Below the pieces are notes generated by a model. That model saw only the letters and a program-made list of their open reading frames with translations, did not search any database and was not told the DNA's origin. A program made the translations under genes and the position numbers. Below are positions 13,070 through 27,859 of a DNA stretch of 64,000 nucleotides, in pieces (positions within the stretch are counted from its first letter, which is position 1; the number at the start of each line of letters is the position of its first letter). Location: the NCBI RefSeq assembly GCF_009914755.1, contig NC_060926.1; one strand, written 5' to 3'. This DNA is from the human T2T-CHM13v2.0 reference genome, Homo sapiens.

Positions 13070-14142
13070 TCCTTTCTCAGAAAAGGGAAAGGGAGTAGGC
13101 AGCACTTTTTAATTCTATCCAGCATCCCTTCCCTCCTCCTGAGCTCTTCCTTGTTCTTCTTCTCCACTCCTTAAGTAAGCTCATCCTGCCACATGATTTT
13201 AATACCATCTACAGGCTGATGACAGCATTCCCAGCCCTTCTGTCTCTCCAGAATTCCAGTTGCATCTATCTAAGTACCTACTAATCTAACAGAAATCTAG
13301 ACTCAGCAAATCTAACAAAGAGCTCTGGATTTGCTTTCCCTTTACCCACTTCAATCTTCCCCTTCTTGTTAAAGGACAGCACTATCCACCTAGTTGTTCA
13401 AATCATAAGCCCAGTTGTCATCATTGATGTCCTTCCCTATGTCTAATCCATTGGCCAATCCTGCCAGCCTTGCTTCCAGTCAGGTCCTGAACCCATTTCC
13501 AGTTGCAACTTGCCTGCTAGCCCAGCTGCCATCATCTTTCACTGGGACACTCACTCCTCTCCTGCATCCACTCTTGCCTCTCTACCATCTATTCCCCTCA
13601 TGGCGGCCAGAATGACTTTGGAAAAACATCAGCATCCTAAAAGTACCAGCGAGTTCTCCCTGGTCATGCTCCCCCTCCAGCCTCGCTCCATCCCCCTCTC
13701 CATTACACCAAGTGGACTGCAGTCACACAGTCTTCCTCTCTCTTTCTCAAACACACAGAGCTCATTCCTGCTCCAGGGCCACTATACTAATTGCTCCCTC
13801 TGCTTGGCACACTCTTACCACAAATCTATGCATGGCTGACTCCTTCTTGGCATTTAGGTCTCCGTTTCAAGGTGGCCTACTGAGAGATGCTATCTCTGGC
13901 CACTCTGCACTCTCCCGACATCATCTTATTTTATGTTAAACATAGCACTTAACTACATTCAAAATTTTCTGTCTTTTGTTTACGCACTATGTGTCTCCTC
14001 TTGTTATCAGTGAGACATAAGTTCTATGAGGGCAGAGAGTTCTTCATGTTCTTTGGCACTGATATTAGCCCAATGCTCAGAACAGTGCCTGGTCCATAAG
14101 AGACAATTAATAAACATTCATTGAGTAAATGGATGAGCGAAT
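13070..14142 (+). mobile_element. L2 3' portion
   Basis: Typical L2 body and 3' end (cagaacagtgcctgg...aataaacattcattgagtaaatggatga). Confidence 0.8.
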
Positions 14143-14404
14143 AGTAAAATGTCTGCTGCTCCTTTGGGGAACTGTTGGTCCCCAAGTCCTTGTAATTATG
14201 GTGGAACTGTCAATCACAGTAACTATCAACCCTGTCCATGGCAATGGGGTCAAGATCTTAGCATGTGAATCAAGCAGGGTAGTGACAGTCCCCCTGGAGA
14301 GCTATGTACATGGACAGGGACGAAAAGAAATTTCTTTCCTCTGGGCTGAGATATTAGTTTTAATCTAAGGCCATGTCCTTCTCCCCAGTCTGCACAGACA
14401 ACAA

Positions 14405-14620
14405 TAACACCAACAATGGCAAACCTCTCATGGTGTTTACTATGGTCCAGGGACTACTCTAAAGGCTTACGCATATTCACTAATGTAAGCCTCACAACAA
14501 CCCATGGGAGGATTCCCACTATTATGGTGGTTTTTTAGATGATAAGACTAAGGCCCAGGGAGGCTAGTTAACTTGTTCATGGTCACTCAGCAGTCTGGCT
14601 GCAGAGCTATGCACTGTGTT
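14405..14620 (-). mobile_element. MIR
   Basis: cctcacaacaaccc...agatgataagactaaggcccagggaggct...aacttgttcatggtcac. Confidence 0.75.
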
Positions 14621-16269
14621 CTACCACCTCCCATCAGCAGAGAAGAAAGACCAACGCAGGAGGAGAGCAGAGCCATGAAACACAAGACAGGGCCCTGGAG
14701 CCTGACTTGATACCCAGATCCAGTTGTCTGTGGCTTATTTCACCTCTGGATTTCCTAGTCACAGGAGTGGTCCTGTGGTCCAGGAACTACTCTAAAATGA
14801 AGCACCAGAGAACTGGCCGTACATCGTGTGTTTGCATTTACATGTTGCAAAGAGAAATTAAGCCTTTTGCTTTCAAATTGAAAAATCACTTGGATTGTCA
14901 ATCAATCAAATGAGAATTAAATATCTGTTGTATATCTTGCGTGTTCTAAGTTCTGTAAGTTCTAAGTTCTGTAAAGCACGCAGAGATACTTAAGACATAA
15001 TGTCAAGCACACTTCCATGATACAACGTTGCTTGAATCTCCTCCTCAGCCAATCTCCTTCTGAAAGGACAAAACCAGTGTGAAGAGATTGAGTCTATGCT
15101 AGAGATGGGAGCCACCACCTACCTGAAGCTTGAGGCATTTACACAGGGAGCTGTGCAGGCGAGAGGAGAGCAAGGGCACTGGGGAAGTGCCTGCTGTTGA
15201 CGCCCACCCATCCCCCAGGTGCAGAGATCTATGATGGAGCAGGTAGGATGCCACACTGCCTCTGCTCCCTCCCAGCCCCTTGGCTCCCTAATGTCCCTTG
15301 GATCAGAACAAGGACTAGAGATGCAAAGAGGCCTCTGAGCAGCTGGTGGGGAGGTGGACACTCCTCCAGCTATGGCCACTCAGGCTCCCTGCACAGCGTG
15401 CTATATGTAGAGCGGGGGCTGGACATAGGACACACTAACCAGCTGGAAAGGGATTTGCTAAGGCAACCTCTGATTCAAAATGCCCTCTGATTCTCAGCAG
15501 ACATCCAGGCAGTAGACTGCTAAGGCTGCTCCTAAGCAGAAGTGAAATTCCCACACTCGCAGCCACTTCCCTGTACCTTCCGTTCAGTCCTCTCTCACAC
15601 TAACTATTGGGACTCTTAAGCAGACAAGGAAAAACTTCACTAAAGTCTTTCTGTCTGGGACTGAATGGGACATGGCTTCTATCAGAGAACCATTTCCAGA
15701 CATATGAAAACATTCAGCATTTCAAAAGGGAAGAGCCTCCGGTCCAGGTGGCAGTCACTCCAAAATCCACGTGTTTCCTCCGCTCAAAGTACAGAGCAGT
15801 GGCAGAGGAAATGCAAAAAGGAGAACGAAAAGGCAGAGTCCCTGTGAAAACCAAGATCCATTTTTGGTAGACTAAAAGTGGGACAAAAACACTCAGTAAC
15901 AAGCTGATAGAGCTATGTGCCTGTGGCTATGGGTGGGTGTGGAAGCAAACAGAGGTCTCGGGGCAGGGGAGTGTAGGCAGGGTCTCTGCTTAGAGTCAGG
16001 CAGGGGCAAGATTCCACACCACCCTCTCACCAAAAAAAAACAAAACAAAACAAAACAAAAACCTGTTGCTCTCAGTTACCTGAGTCTACCATTTCACAGG
16101 AGCCATGAGCTAGGAACACCACAGAAGAAAGGCAGAAACTCATGATGAGGAACAGAACCAAGGTGCCCACTGGCCTGGTGACTGGGTCTGGAATGTTCCT
16201 GAGGCCACTGTGGAGCATAAACCCTGAACTTCCATTAAACCTGGCTCTAGGCTGGGGGAAACTGCTGGA

Positions 16270-16700
<431 letters not shown>

Positions 16701-17926
16701 GCTTGAACTGAGCTGTCAATGATTAAGGTGAGTTTGCCAGAAGAAGGCAAAGCAGCACATTGTATGGAAAAGTTGTAACATGTGCAAAGGCACGATGACT
16801 TCAGAAAGCACATGCATATTCAGTAGCTCAGTCTGCCTGAGTGTTGAGTGCAGGGAGAAGGGACCAGAGATAAACCTGAATGGGTAGATGGCAACACTTC
16901 ATTAGAGACCCTAGATCTGCTCAGTGACTTCCCACCATGCCATGCTTTCCTCAAATGGAGTCTACTTTGATCTTCTGTGAGCTCCCTGGATGTCCCATCC
17001 TCCAGAACATTTTGTAACTATCTATACCTAAACATAATGAGACAAACAGAAGCCAACACCTTGGTCGCCAGCATTCCTGGGGTGGGTTGGCACCATCACC
17101 TTCTGGCCAAACCAAGCTGTCCAGTCGTGACCCCTCTAGCCAGCCCCTCCCTTCACACTGGGAAACTCCCTATGTCAGATATCAAGGGGGTCATCTGCAG
17201 TTGTTCCCAAGCCGCAGAGGAAATTGCTTTCTGGAGGCCACGTTCTTGTCTTCTTGAGCTAAGTCCAATTTCACAACTGCTGATTCAAATGAATCTAGAT
17301 TTTTCCCCCTTAGCCTGCACTTTTAGTATCTGTAGCAACAGACAAGGAATAAAATTAACTATATGAATGTCTATGAATATATAAATATATGTGTGAGTCT
17401 GTGTATCTGGACAGCATGTATATAAATCCTGCTCCTTTTTGGATGCATTTAACATTTGTGAAATTCCTAATTCTAATGTTAAAAAGATTTCTATCATTTA
17501 TTTTGAAAACATAAAATAATAGGCAATAGAACAAAATTTTCATAGTGCTGGTTACAAGACCCGGCACATTAAAGATGCTTAAAGTTAATTTACTGATTTG
17601 GGCCACCACCATTTTGGAATACCAAAGTAATTGATGCTAGTGGGTTACCTCAACACCCGCCTGAAACAAAAGACTGTAACTGGGTTGTTACTGTCATCTT
17701 TAGACCCAGTTAAAGTTCCACAGCCTTGCTGAAGGCTTCCTCATCACTCAGCCTGCAGGGATTTTGTGAATCTGACTAAGTAGCCAGCTTGGGCGGCCCA
17801 GCTGGTCCTTCCCAGAGTGCCTGGCAGAGTCAGCCCTCAGAGAGAATAAGCATCTCTTCCTATTAGGCTGTAGAAACCTTGAGGAAGCTGTTATCTTTTT
17901 TTTTTTTTTTTAATAAATGCCTCATA

Positions 17927-18288
17927 TGGTATCATATGAGGCAAATTCATCAGTCTAAAGTGTGGCTTTTTGGAGGTTTCTGGAGATAAGGGAAGATAAG
18001 AAATTTGAGATTTGTGGTCATTAGTTTAAAGAGAGTTCAATCAGCCCAGTTATGACATGATGTTTTTTTTTTTTCCTCTGGTAGTATAGAGATGCTCAGG
18101 TACAACTCAGTGCAAGGGAATGGCTGAGTTTAACCAGGTTGGGAGTTTAGGGACAAGGGTAATATGAGGGAAAGGAAATAAGGGAGTAGTAACTTTTCAA
18201 AGTAGTGAATATGGCACTGATGAAGGAGCCACAGCTTGATCAGGAAAAGATTGAAGCCACAAGAAAGGTGAGAGAGAAAGTGTGAGGA
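17927..18288 (+). repeat. Local duplicate (copy A) of the L2-derived segment 21041-21412
   Basis: Direct alignment, ~95% identity by eye. Confidence 0.95.
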
Positions 18289-18339
18289 AGACACTTTAAA
18301 AAAAAAAAAAAAGGAAATACCTTTCATTTGGCTCTTGTG

Positions 18340-18580
18340 TGTTTTTTTTCTAATTACAGAAACAATAATCTTCACAGAAAATCATTACAAATCACTTGCC
18401 ACTCTCATGCCCAGAGATAATACCATAAACATTTTGGTGAATATCTTTTTCAGTCTTTTTTGTGTGCAGGTATAATTGGCCTTTTCAAAAAATGTGATCA
18501 TCCCATCTATAACACTGTATAATTTCCTTTTTATTTAAAGTTGTGTCATAAGTATTTTTTTACCAACAAATGGAGTTCAA
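18340..18580 (-). mobile_element. L1ME-type 3' fragment
   Basis: cccagagataataccataaacattttggtgaatatc. Confidence 0.55.
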
Positions 18581-18594
18581 GATCACCCTTGATA

Positions 18595-18730
18595 CTGTTA
18601 TTATCCTTATCTCACTCATCAGAAACCGAGGCTCAGGAAAGCACATCTCTCTACCCAAATCACACGGTTACTGATGGCAGAGTAGGATTTGAATCCAGCT
18701 CTCCCAGTGTCAAGCCCAACACTCTCTGCT
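18595..18730 (-). mobile_element. MIR
   Basis: gaaaccgaggctcagg...ggcagagtaggatttgaatccag. Confidence 0.7.
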
Positions 18731-19369
18731 TCTACAAAGTCAATAGGTTAATTATCAGTCAAAAGGCCAAGAATGCCATAGGCAAGGGGATCTGTGGCTT
18801 GGGGTCTTCAGGATTTACATGATCCTGTCAGAACACAAAAGTTTAAAAGAAAGTGTGATTGTTTGACAGGTTTCTAGAATACTGGGTAAGTTCTTCAATT
18901 ATTCAAGCTGCCAAGAGACAAGAGGAATCAGGATCTGGGCAGAGGAAGTGGAGACCTTTCCAAGCCAAGCTTGCATTTACATTTATAAGTGAAGCCCCTT
19001 CTATCATCTTCAGGGGAGGAGAGAAGCTCAGTGGCTGTGGTGTGAGGGGAAGCATTCGTTCTTCACTCCATCTCCCAGGAAGCCTACACCAACATCTCTC
19101 ATATCCCCTTGACCCAGCACCAGAAGTGGAGATGAGGTCTTCCATGATTTTGAGTCACAGACAAGAAATCTCCTTGAGGGTTGAGCAGAGGTGGGATGTG
19201 AGGTTAATAACTACAGCTAACGGTGAGCAGGGAAGTAACTATATACCCTGACATCAGGGGTACCAGAAAAGACTTTGTACCACCAAATCTATCTTCACCT
19301 TTAAAAAACCTCCTTTAAACTCTCATTTCAATATTCAGAAGTAATAATTATAATAAATAATATAATCAA

Positions 19370-19530
19370 AATTGTTGACAGCATTTGTTAAGTACTTGTG
19401 CTAAGAACTTTAAATATTCAATCCTCATTCAATCCTCAAAACAATTAAAGACATACGAATTATGTTTATGCCTATCTTATAAAGGAATAAACCAATGCTC
19501 AGAGAGATATGCCCAAGGTCCTATACTTGG
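19370..19530 (-). mobile_element. MIR
   Basis: aatcctcaaaacaa...gctcagagagatatgcccaaggtc. Confidence 0.6.
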
Positions 19531-20045
19531 TGTCTGCAATTAATATCAGTATTTTGCTTGCTTTTTAAATCATTCTTTGAAGGAGGTATAATACCTACCC
19601 CCACCACCCCAGCCGTGAATTGTTCGGTTTTCCCCTATTAGACAAGACATACAAAATTATCGCCTACTGACTCAGTTGTGACTTAAACAGCTGTGATGCA
19701 TCACAGCCTAGATGTATGGTTGTTCTATTGACTGGCTTTCTTACCAGGAAATTGATGGGACCTCTGGTCTACTTCCTTAGGACTTTCTATTCAGGAAGCC
19801 TAAAACCTTGTTAAAAGGTTGCCATTTGCAGTATCATTCAAGATGTTGATTAGAATTAAAGCTCCTGGGCTAAAAGTACCCTTAAAAGTCATCTAATCAA
19901 ACCCTTTCATTTAACAAATGAAAAGCCAAGCCCCAGTGCTCTCACTGGGAGTGTCAGTGGCTTTACTTCTACCGCATGATACCCTTTAAAGATGAGACTC
20001 AGAGAAACAAGCTGATTTTTACCCGGCTCCACCAGGCTTTTATCA

Positions 20046-20453
<408 letters not shown>

Positions 20454-20489
20454 CTAATCTCATACTCAATCTCTTTTCTAGAAGGAAAA

Positions 20490-21650
20490 ATAACAGCTCT
20501 GAAAACTTTAGGTAGGAGAGTAACCGTGAGTATTTAGTAACTAGGAATGACCTAGGAGTAGACGAAATGGAAACAATTTATACCATCATGCTGCAGAGAC
20601 ACAGAGGTCGTCTTTCCCTCCTGAACTCTTGCAGAGAATCGGAGTGTTTTAACCTCCAGAGATTAATGAGTTTAAGAGACTGTGGCAAGATCATCCCTGG
20701 AATAGACATTGATGTCCTCACAATGGTCACTATTAGTGCTGAGCTACCATCAGGTGGTTCTGAAGACATCAGACAAGGGATGAAAGAAAATAATTTCACA
20801 GATGTCAGTCGAAGATTGTTGCTGAGAAAAGTCAATATGATCTGAGGAAGACTTCATCCCTGATTGACAAAGCTTAGTGGTGGACGTTAGAGCTATTTCA
20901 GTTTGGGCTTAAATGTAGAATGGAACTCTATTTTAATTTATACATTAGTAAAGATAACATGCCATTTATACAGATAGACTGTTTCTCCAGGGCACACTGA
21001 AGGGTTTTGTTTACATGGGAGCTGTAACACACCTATTTCTTGGTATCATGTGAGGCAAATTCATCAGTCTGAAGTGAGGCTTTTTGGAGGTTTCTGGAGA
21101 TAAGAGAAGATATGAAATTTGAGATTTGTGGTCATTAGTTTAAAGAGAGTTCAATCATTCAATCAGCCCAGTTATGACAAGATGTTTTTTTTCCCTCTGG
21201 TAGTATAGAGATGCTCAGGTACAACTCAGTGTAAGGAAATGGCTGAGTTTAACCAGGTTGGGAGTTTAGGGACAAGGGTAATATGAGGGAAAGGAAACAA
21301 GGGAGGTAGTAACTTTTTAAAGTAGTGAATATGGCACTGATGAAGGAGCCACAGCTTGATCAGGAGAAGATTGAAGCCACAAGGAAGGCGAGAGAGTAAG
21401 AAAGCGTCAGGATCAACGGATCGGGCATCCCAATGAGGCCAGAGAGTTGTGAGGTCAGTAGAGCGTAGGGGTAAATGAAGTGAAAGTCTGATAATTGAGC
21501 CCCTTATTGGGAGCCAGACTTATGAGTAAGTAGTGTGGTCTTTGAACTGTGGTCCATAGAAGGCAGAAACCCCTCTCATGCATTTAGAGGTAAAGGTGAA
21601 GTGCTGAAAGAATCTATAAAGGTGAATTATTTTTAGTGGATCTAAAGTAC
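20490..21650 (-). mobile_element. L2 remnant containing the probable donor of the 17.9-kb duplicate
   Basis: Antisense L2 motifs (ggctgagtttaaccagg; ggatcaacggatc...aatgaggcc) continue on both sides of 21041-21412. Confidence 0.6.
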
Positions 21651-22399
21651 TGTTCTCCCTGCAGTCTGCCTTGCAGGTCTGTGCTAAAAGCCTGGAGTAT
21701 CCTCAGACCATCCCTAAAACCTCAGTGACCATAAGAAGCCCATCCAGTGGCTCCCCTTCTCTGCCAATGGAGGCATTTCCATAACCAAGCTCTGACTATT
21801 CTTCCATCCTCTGGTCAGTCCTTCTCCAAATCCATTCCCAGCTCTCTCCTCTTCTTCTACAAGTGAATATCAAACTCATTCCATGTGTTAGGCCCTGACA
21901 ATGACACTAAATTGCAGACTCGTGCTTTGCTGCAGCTGACTCGGCATGAACAAGCAAAACATATATGTGGGACATACATGTTCACATGGAGCAGAATGGT
22001 GGGGGAAAGAGTGCTCAAATGTCCTTACAGTGAGAAAAGGGGGTGGTGGGGTAGCTTTCTCCTACCCTCAAGTCCCCTGCCTCCTCTATGCAGCAGTTTT
22101 CACCTCCCCATGTTCTGACTGGCAGGACCAAAAGAAGCACGGACCCTATTGCCATGTGACATCTCAGTACCCATCCTACATAGTCAGTGGAGTAGGCCAG
22201 TGGAGTAAGCCAGTGGAATGGACAAGGGCTTATTTCCATGATAAGCTCTAGGAGACTTTTCTCTTTCTTTATAGACCAACTACATAAATAATAATAATAA
22301 AAATCTATAGTGCAGAGAAGTCAAAGGATGCTTCCTTAACACCTTTCATATCCTAGCAGCTATACTAGAGGCTTTCCCAATGGTAACTACTGTTAATGT

Positions 22400-22560
22400 T
22401 CATAATGACTTTGAAATGCTTGGGAATAACTAGCCTGGCCCTATTTACACCAGATGAAATTGAGACTCTGAAACCAAATAGCTTGTTCAGGATACCATAG
22501 TTAGCAACAAAGTTGCTGAGACTTGAACCTCAGCCAGTGACCCCCTAAAACCCATACTTC
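22400..22560 (-). mobile_element. MIR
   Basis: cagatgaaattgagactctga...gagacttgaacctcag. Confidence 0.55.
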
Positions 22561-24039
22561 TTCTATCGTCATACCATGCTGCCTTTGGTGAAACTGGAGT
22601 TAGGGGAAGGGGAAGAGAAACCGTGGTTTCTGTGAAACACAGAAAACATAGTTTGGGGATGTTCTCCAGAAGGCTCAGCCTGAATCCACATCAAGTGTCT
22701 TTGAATGCCTGTAATTTGCGTATTGTTCTTGAGCACTTTCTGATTTGTCCTGCTATAGCAAAGGCAGAACAGCAGCAATATTTGGTTTCAGTGAATGCCA
22801 GACCAGGCTGCAGCTCAAAGAAATGCATGAAGAATATCAGTTTCACTTTCTGTCTTATGTTTTAAACAAGGCTTTTCCCCCAACAAGCATGTGCCACTGA
22901 AGACGTCCTTCATAAGCCCCCAGTTGTGATTTCGCTTGAAGAAACCATGTGCTCTGATGAATTTTAACCTTCACAAACCTATAGATTGCAGAGCATTTCA
23001 GCCTAAATCATGTGAAAATTAAATATTCAGTTTGAAATTTGCCAGTCATCTTTCTGGGTTTTTCCCCCTTCTTGAACCCATCTTCAAAATTAAGAAATAT
23101 GATTTCAGAATGTTAATTACCATTAGCTAAAGTATTTTTATTTAGAATTTTAAAGATGAAGCTTAAATTATTTCAATAATATTGTCTTCCCCCAAAAGCA
23201 TTTAGTTTTAAGGTGAAATTACTTATCAGTTCCTATATAACACACTCAAGGATCACCTATTTCAAAGGTTTCTCCTTACCAGCTAGGAAACACTGCCTGG
23301 GTGGGTCAGACAGCCTGCGGCTGGGGATTCAGGACAGTTCAGCTAGAGCCTCCCACCTGTCTAGCAATGTGTGGTAACCTGGGTCATGAGAACTGCTGGA
23401 ACCTATGGCCTGGAGATAGAAATGAATTATGGGGGCTTCCACCCAGAGGCCAAACCACTAGCCCAGGTACTGAGCCCTGTTTCAGAATCCCTCACAACTT
23501 GTGCTTTCCTTTGTAGCTGTGTATCTATCCTGACTCCCACCTTGGACTCCAGCCTAGCTGTGGAGGGACAGCAGTGGCATGTGACCTGGGCTGTAAAGAA
23601 AGGACACAATATGAGCGTGCAGAGATGGAGACATGGGCATGCTGAGGAGAGAAGCAGAAGACCCCCAGGGCATGTGGCTGAAATGTTAGCACCTGCAACT
23701 TGAAATGAACATAGAACTGAAGGAACCCTCAATTTCATGTCATGTGTCAGTATAGAGCCAGCAAATGTGAGAGCTGGGAGAAATAAGCAAGGTTAAATCC
23801 CTGTGGTGGTCTTTGGCATGTCAAGTATAACGGAGGTTGGCACAAGCAAAATGCTTTCTTCAGTTCCAAATTCTAATTTCCCTCCAGAGAACAATCATAT
23901 TTCCCTTCAGCTTACTTAGAGTGTGAGTCCACTTGCGAGAGAAAAATCAGAAAAGAGAGAAAGAGAAAATGAAGAGAAGAAAAGGCAGCAAAGACATAGA
24001 GATTTCTCACTCAAGTGGGGCTCAGCACTTTATCTGTAG

Positions 24040-24460
24040 GGTGTCCTTCCCAAAGCCCACAGTGCCAGTCTAATCATGACAAAAAAAATATGACAAGCCC
24101 AAATTGAGGAACAGTCTACAAAATACTCACCCTGTACTCCTCAAAGCGATCAAGGTCATGTAAACAAAAGAAGATGGAGAAACTGTCACAGTCCAAGGAG
24201 GGAGGGCTACTGAGGGCAACATGGCTGGGATCCTGGAAAAGAAAAGGATGCTCGTAGGAAACTGGTAGAATCCAAATAACACCTTTAGCTTGGTTTACAG
24301 TGATGTATAATGTTGAATTCTTAGTCCTGACAAATGTAACATGGTTATATAAGATGTTAACATTAGGGGAAACTGGATGAAGGGTATACAAGGATTCTGT
24401 GCTATACTGGCAACTTTTCTGTAAATCTAAAACTATTCAAAAATTTAAAAGTTATTTACA
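24040..24460 (+). mobile_element. L1MC-type 3' end
   Basis: cagtctaatcatga...cccaaattgaggaacagtctacaaaatac...gcaacttttctgtaaatctaaaactattc. Confidence 0.8.
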
Positions 24461-24704
24461 AAACTTAGGAGAATCAAAGGAAAAGCAACGTGAGCCTTAA
24501 AATATATTATTTGACTTCACTGGAGAGAAAGAGAGCTGTATAAGACTTACATAAAAGGGACCAGCAGTATATGCTTTGGAGTTCATGGACAAAGTTACAT
24601 AAACCTATGTGCTGGCAAAGAGAATAAAAGTTTCCCAAAGTATCTTGCACATGAGTATTATTCTCTACCTATGGGTGAATGGAGGCTTTTAGGAGGAAGG
24701 ATAA

Positions 24705-24950
24705 CAGCAGCTGATATTTATTGAAAGACTCTGTTTAAAGAACTTTAAAGTTCCAGAACTTTAAAGGCAGGATCTCTTTTAAACCTCACAACCATCTTAC
24801 AAGGTAAATGCTATTATTGTCTCTCCAGAAAAAAAAGGACATTGGTTACATAGAGTGAGTTTAAGTAACTTACTCTAGGTCTACACAGCTAGGAAAAATG
24901 AGTTGGGACTTGAACAAAGATGGCTGGTGCCTGAGTCACATACACCATGA
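24705..24950 (-). mobile_element. MIR
   Basis: aaacctcacaacc...aagtaacttactctaggtctacacagctagg...gggacttgaac. Confidence 0.65.
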
Positions 24951-25875
24951 TACTCTTCTGTTTCTCAAAAAGCCATCCACTTCCCCAGGATCTGAGCCAC
25001 CTCTATGTTCTGGCTCCCAGCTAGGCCCTAAGGATACAGTGAGAAGCCAAACAAATATGGTATACTAGATACATGTTTTCAGTCTTTATTTCATTTGCTC
25101 CTCATAATAATTTAGAGATGCAAGTGGAAATACTATTCTTATTCCCATGTTATAGTGAAGAAAAGTGAGACCCAGGATGCCAAGCAACTTGGCAGAAGCT
25201 AATGATGGGGAAATAGGGTGGGGGGTTGGGCCGAAAGTCTACCACTGAATTCCCTGAGCTCCTAGCTTTCTGTTTGTGATAATCCTCCAATCTGGTTGAT
25301 TACTAGTGTGCTCCATCCCTGCCTTTAAGCTTCATTGATATTTCACAGTGAAGAGAATTTTGAGCAGGACTTGGATCTGCAGAAGGAGCCACCCTGAATG
25401 AGTGAAAATTTGGTTTGCAGAGGAAACCTAGAGACCAAGGAGGCTGAGCCATTGAGATATGCAATGTGAGCCCTCCTGGGAGAAGACTGGGGTCCTGATG
25501 AGGTGAGTTCCTGGTGGGACTCTTACATCTGTCCTGTCCACACAGATGTACACAAGCCTGCTTCCTGAATCATGTTCAACAAAGAAATGCAAAGAAATGC
25601 AACAAAGAAACCCAAAGAAATGCAGCACTTTACCTCCCAAATGCTGCGGGTGCTTCCCCTGAGTATTTTTAAGGTCTTGTTTGGCAAAGAGACTGTGCTG
25701 GTTTCTAGAGATCAATGAGCTGATGGTCATGCAGGAGGCACTCAGCATTTCTGACTGGCATCCTAGCCAATGTCAGAAAGTCAAGGTAAGGGAGGTCATG
25801 GAGTCCTGGTGTAAGGGAGTCTTTATTATTCCACTTGGTTATTAAGCATACAATTGTAAACTTTCTCTACACTTT

Positions 25876-25952
25876 TATTAGGTTGGTGCAAAAGTAATTG
25901 AGATTTTTGCCATAATGGCAAAAATCTCAATTACTTTTGCACCAACCTCATA
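25876..25952. mobile_element. MADE1 (Hsmar1-derived MITE), miR-548-like hairpin
   Basis: ta-ttaggttggtgcaaaagtaattg...caattacttttgcaccaacctca-ta; TA flanks; perfect 34-bp inverted arms 25880-25913 and 25915-25948. Confidence 0.95.
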
Positions 25953-26087
25953 TAATACAAAGATTAATTGATAATATGAAAAAATATTTTGAATAGTTGT
26001 GTTACTTCAATTATATTTGCTTATTTGTGAGTGGAGTGCATTTATTCTTCATCCTTACGACTAATTAGGACTTAGATGAGTGACTGC

Positions 26088-26750
26088 CATTCATTTATTT
26101 ATTCATTCATTCAGAAACATTTACTAAGCACCTATTGAGTGCTGGATATGGAAATGTAGGAAAAGGCAGAGTAACTAAGATGCAATTTCTGTCTTCAAGA
26201 AGTTTACAAGTAGAGGCGCTCCCAGACATGTAGAGAAAAAAGTGCAATACAGAGAAAACAGGGCAAGAATCATCATGTGCCCCCAGGTACAAGGGGCCTT
26301 AAAAGAGAGAGGGAACAGCTTGGCTTGGGGAAATCACACAGAGTTTCATAGAGAATAAGATGCTTCTGTTGAATTTGAAAGAAGAGTGAGTTTTCCAAAA
26401 GGACTAGGGGAGAAAGGTCATTCCAAGATAACTTTGCTGAGGATCAAATGTAGCATATGAGTTGCAGAAATACGGGCAAGAATGGCCTGTGGATTAAGAT
26501 ACTTGTTCACTAATCATAAACTCAAGGACAGAGAAAATGTGGGGCATCTGGCTGTGTACACAGAGCAAGGCCACAGCCCAGACAAGACAAACAGCAGGTA
26601 CAAAGGAGGCAAGGGAATGATGTGGTCCTGGGTGTTTTGGGAAACATTAGAGGCTTGGCCTGGAGGGAAATTGAGACAGGGGAGGAGAGACCTTAGGCTG
26701 GACAGGTCAGCCATATATCAGATGTAGTCTTAAATGCCTGATTTGGGTTC
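26088..26750 (-). mobile_element. L2 3' end
   Basis: cattcattcagaaacatttactaagcacctattgagtgctgg. Confidence 0.75.
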
Positions 26751-27401
26751 CATATCATACTGAAAAGTAAGCTCACTTACCCATCAAAAGAGACCTGCAG
26801 ACCACAGAAACTATCAGCAAATATCACTGGAGAAACAAAATCACAGGCTCCTATTGTCTGGAGCCATTGCACTGGACAGTCCCTGGGTTTGAATCAGAAA
26901 GAGAAGGAGCAGCAGATTTGAAGGGCATTGAAAATCCTGCAACAATCACCTTAACAATCGCCATGAAACTCTAGTCTCCAGAACTCAGATCTTCAGGGCT
27001 GGGCCTCGAGTTACAAGCGTCAGGTAGAAGGGACCTGTTTTTACCAACCCCACATCCTGGCTAGGGAAGTGAGAGTAGCACATGAAGGAAAAGAGATAGA
27101 AGACTTCAGGTCCCGGTGCCACCAACTCTGCAGTGGGGGATGAGAGAAAGACAGAATGGGAAAAGCAGGCACAGTTGGAGGAACATCTCCAGCCCTGGCT
27201 TCTGAGAAAAACAAGATTCTAACTAATAGTAATCACTACTCCATTTTCACCAAAAGTAGAGAATTCCCCATTTTAGAGATTTTTAGCCTTTTTTTTTTTT
27301 TGGAGTCAAAAATGTGTATGGCATTTTATGAAAGTTCTGTATCTCCGGAATACACAGATCTGTGTATAATATTCCACAAATAGAGTTTATGAACCCACTA
27401 A

Positions 27402-27859
<458 letters not shown>

